NCBI GenBank assembly: GCA_002104945.1
Contig: MCFH01000063.1
Span: 232,420 to 296,419, forward strand
Source: Piromyces finnis finn
Taxonomy: Eukaryota; Fungi; Neocallimastigomycota
Length of the DNA: 64,000 bases
Direction: 5' to 3'
Shown: in pieces, positions 62,252 through 64,000 of the stretch
Layout: each line of letters starts with the position of its first letter
Numbering within the stretch: the first letter of the stretch is position 1
The notes under the pieces: generated by a model
The model's input: the letters and a program-made list of their open reading frames with translations, nothing else
Told to the model about the DNA's origin: nothing
Databases searched by the model: none
Made by a program: the position numbers and the translations under genes

Positions 62252-63373
62252 ATAATAATTATTATTTAATTTTATATATATATATTATTTTTATTAATAA
62301 AAAAACATGTAATAGTTCATTTTTAAAATAATATATAAATAAAAAATAATTATAAAAAAAAATATTTCTTAAAGTATAAAATTAAAAAAAAAAGTTTAAG
62401 TTTTTTTCGTATCAACTATCAAATGCAATTTTTTAAGATCAAATTTTTTAAATGGACGATGAATAATTAATTAATTAAAAAAATTTTTGAAAAATTCAAA
62501 TTTTCAAAAATTTCAAAATTTTCAATATTTTTTAAAATTTTAGTTGAAAAGTTTAAATAAAAAGAAAGAAGAAAATTTAAACTCTAATAAAAAAATGAAT
62601 TATTAGTATATAATTAGAAAAAATCATGAATATTAACAAATAATAGTTCTTTTCTATACTTTAATATAATTTTCTAATTATATACTAATAATTCATTTTT
62701 TATTGAAGTATAGAAAAGAGCTATTATTTGTTATATTCATGATTTTAATTTTAGTAATACTATTGTCAAATTAGTTAAATATAGAAATTAAATATAATTA
62801 TGATATTACATTAAAAATTCTTAATAGTTCAATTTACATATATTCTAGAAATTAAAATATATATACATATATAAAAATATAATTAATTTTAATTAATACA
62901 TTATTTAAGTTAATAAAACTATAATTTGAAAAATAATTATAATTAAATCACTTAACCTAATCACATAGAGATAAATTATAAATCTATTATTTTAATGATT
63001 TACCACAAGATAGCTCACAATTTTATATTACTCATTTACTTAATAAAAATAATATTAAAAATATGTTTTTAAAGAATAATCAAAGTAATAATAAATAATT
63101 AAAGATATATTTTTTTTTTTCAATTTTTATTTTATACAACTATAATTCATTTTTTTCTTTTATTTCTTATTGAAATATTTTTCTTTATGGTAAAAATTAC
63201 GAATTTTATTTTTGTTTCTTTTTAAAATATTTCGAAATATTTATATAAATTCTAAAATAATAAAAAGTTAAAAAATTGAATTTATATATAAAATGAAAAT
63301 GGAGTGTATATTACTATTTAAATAAGATAAATCCATTATATTTATTATATTTTATTTTAACTTTATACTGAAT

Positions 63374-63418
<45 letters not shown>

Positions 63419-64000
63419 TGATGATGATGATGGTCATGATGGTCATGATGGTAATAATTAATGTATTTTTTTTTTTTAATACCTATTAAAATTTAATATT
63501 ATAATATTTTTGATAGGAATATAGATAGAGATTATATATTATTAATGTAAATTTTGAGTTAACTTTAAATTATTAACTACATATACATACTAGCATAGTA
63601 CTATAGAACCATGACCTACTATTTAATAATTAAACATATATTTTATTATGTATTGATAAATATAGGTAAATTTTTTACATTTTTAAAAAGATAAAATTTT
63701 ATTTGCCATGTGGAAAAGTTAAAATTTTAATTATTTCAAAATTATTAAATAAATGAATAAATCAATTGATATATAAATGAATAAAACAATTAATAATTAA
63801 ATAATATATAAATGAATAAATATATTATTAATTAAATAAATTAATATAAGAACCAATCAAATTTTATATAAATAAATGAATAAACTAATTAATTAATATA
63901 TAAATTAGCAAATGATCAATTAATACATAATATATATTAATGGATGAGATTATTAATAAATAAATGTAATTAATGAAAAAATGAATAATTTAATTGAAAA

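Overview
Extremely AT-rich eukaryotic DNA with short GT-AG introns. The gene content (a fungal CBM10-type dockerin, CBM29- and CBM1-like modules, a CotH kinase-like domain, a CE1 esterase, intronless LRR and ankyrin genes) points to an anaerobic gut fungus (Neocallimastigomycota); this assignment is inferred, not searched. It looks like an accessory region. Apparently intact genes: two of three tandem secreted BspA-LRR/transglutaminase-like paralogues, a 7TM GPCR-like gene, a 5-exon CotH-3xCBM29-CBM1 gene, a multi-TM/RGS gene, a 23-aa LRR gene, and secreted or Cys-rich membrane proteins. Many genes are disrupted: GT2, CE1 with a premature TAG, PI-PLC-ricin-dockerin, PD-(D/E)XK and ankyrin remnants. 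Mobile or structural DNA includes a ~560-bp polyA retroposon with a 12-bp TSD, an 83-bp TIR mini-element, a foldback-like pair of inverted heptamer arrays, and a ~410-bp direct repeat bracketing two genes. All family calls come from motif recognition by eye; no database search was run.
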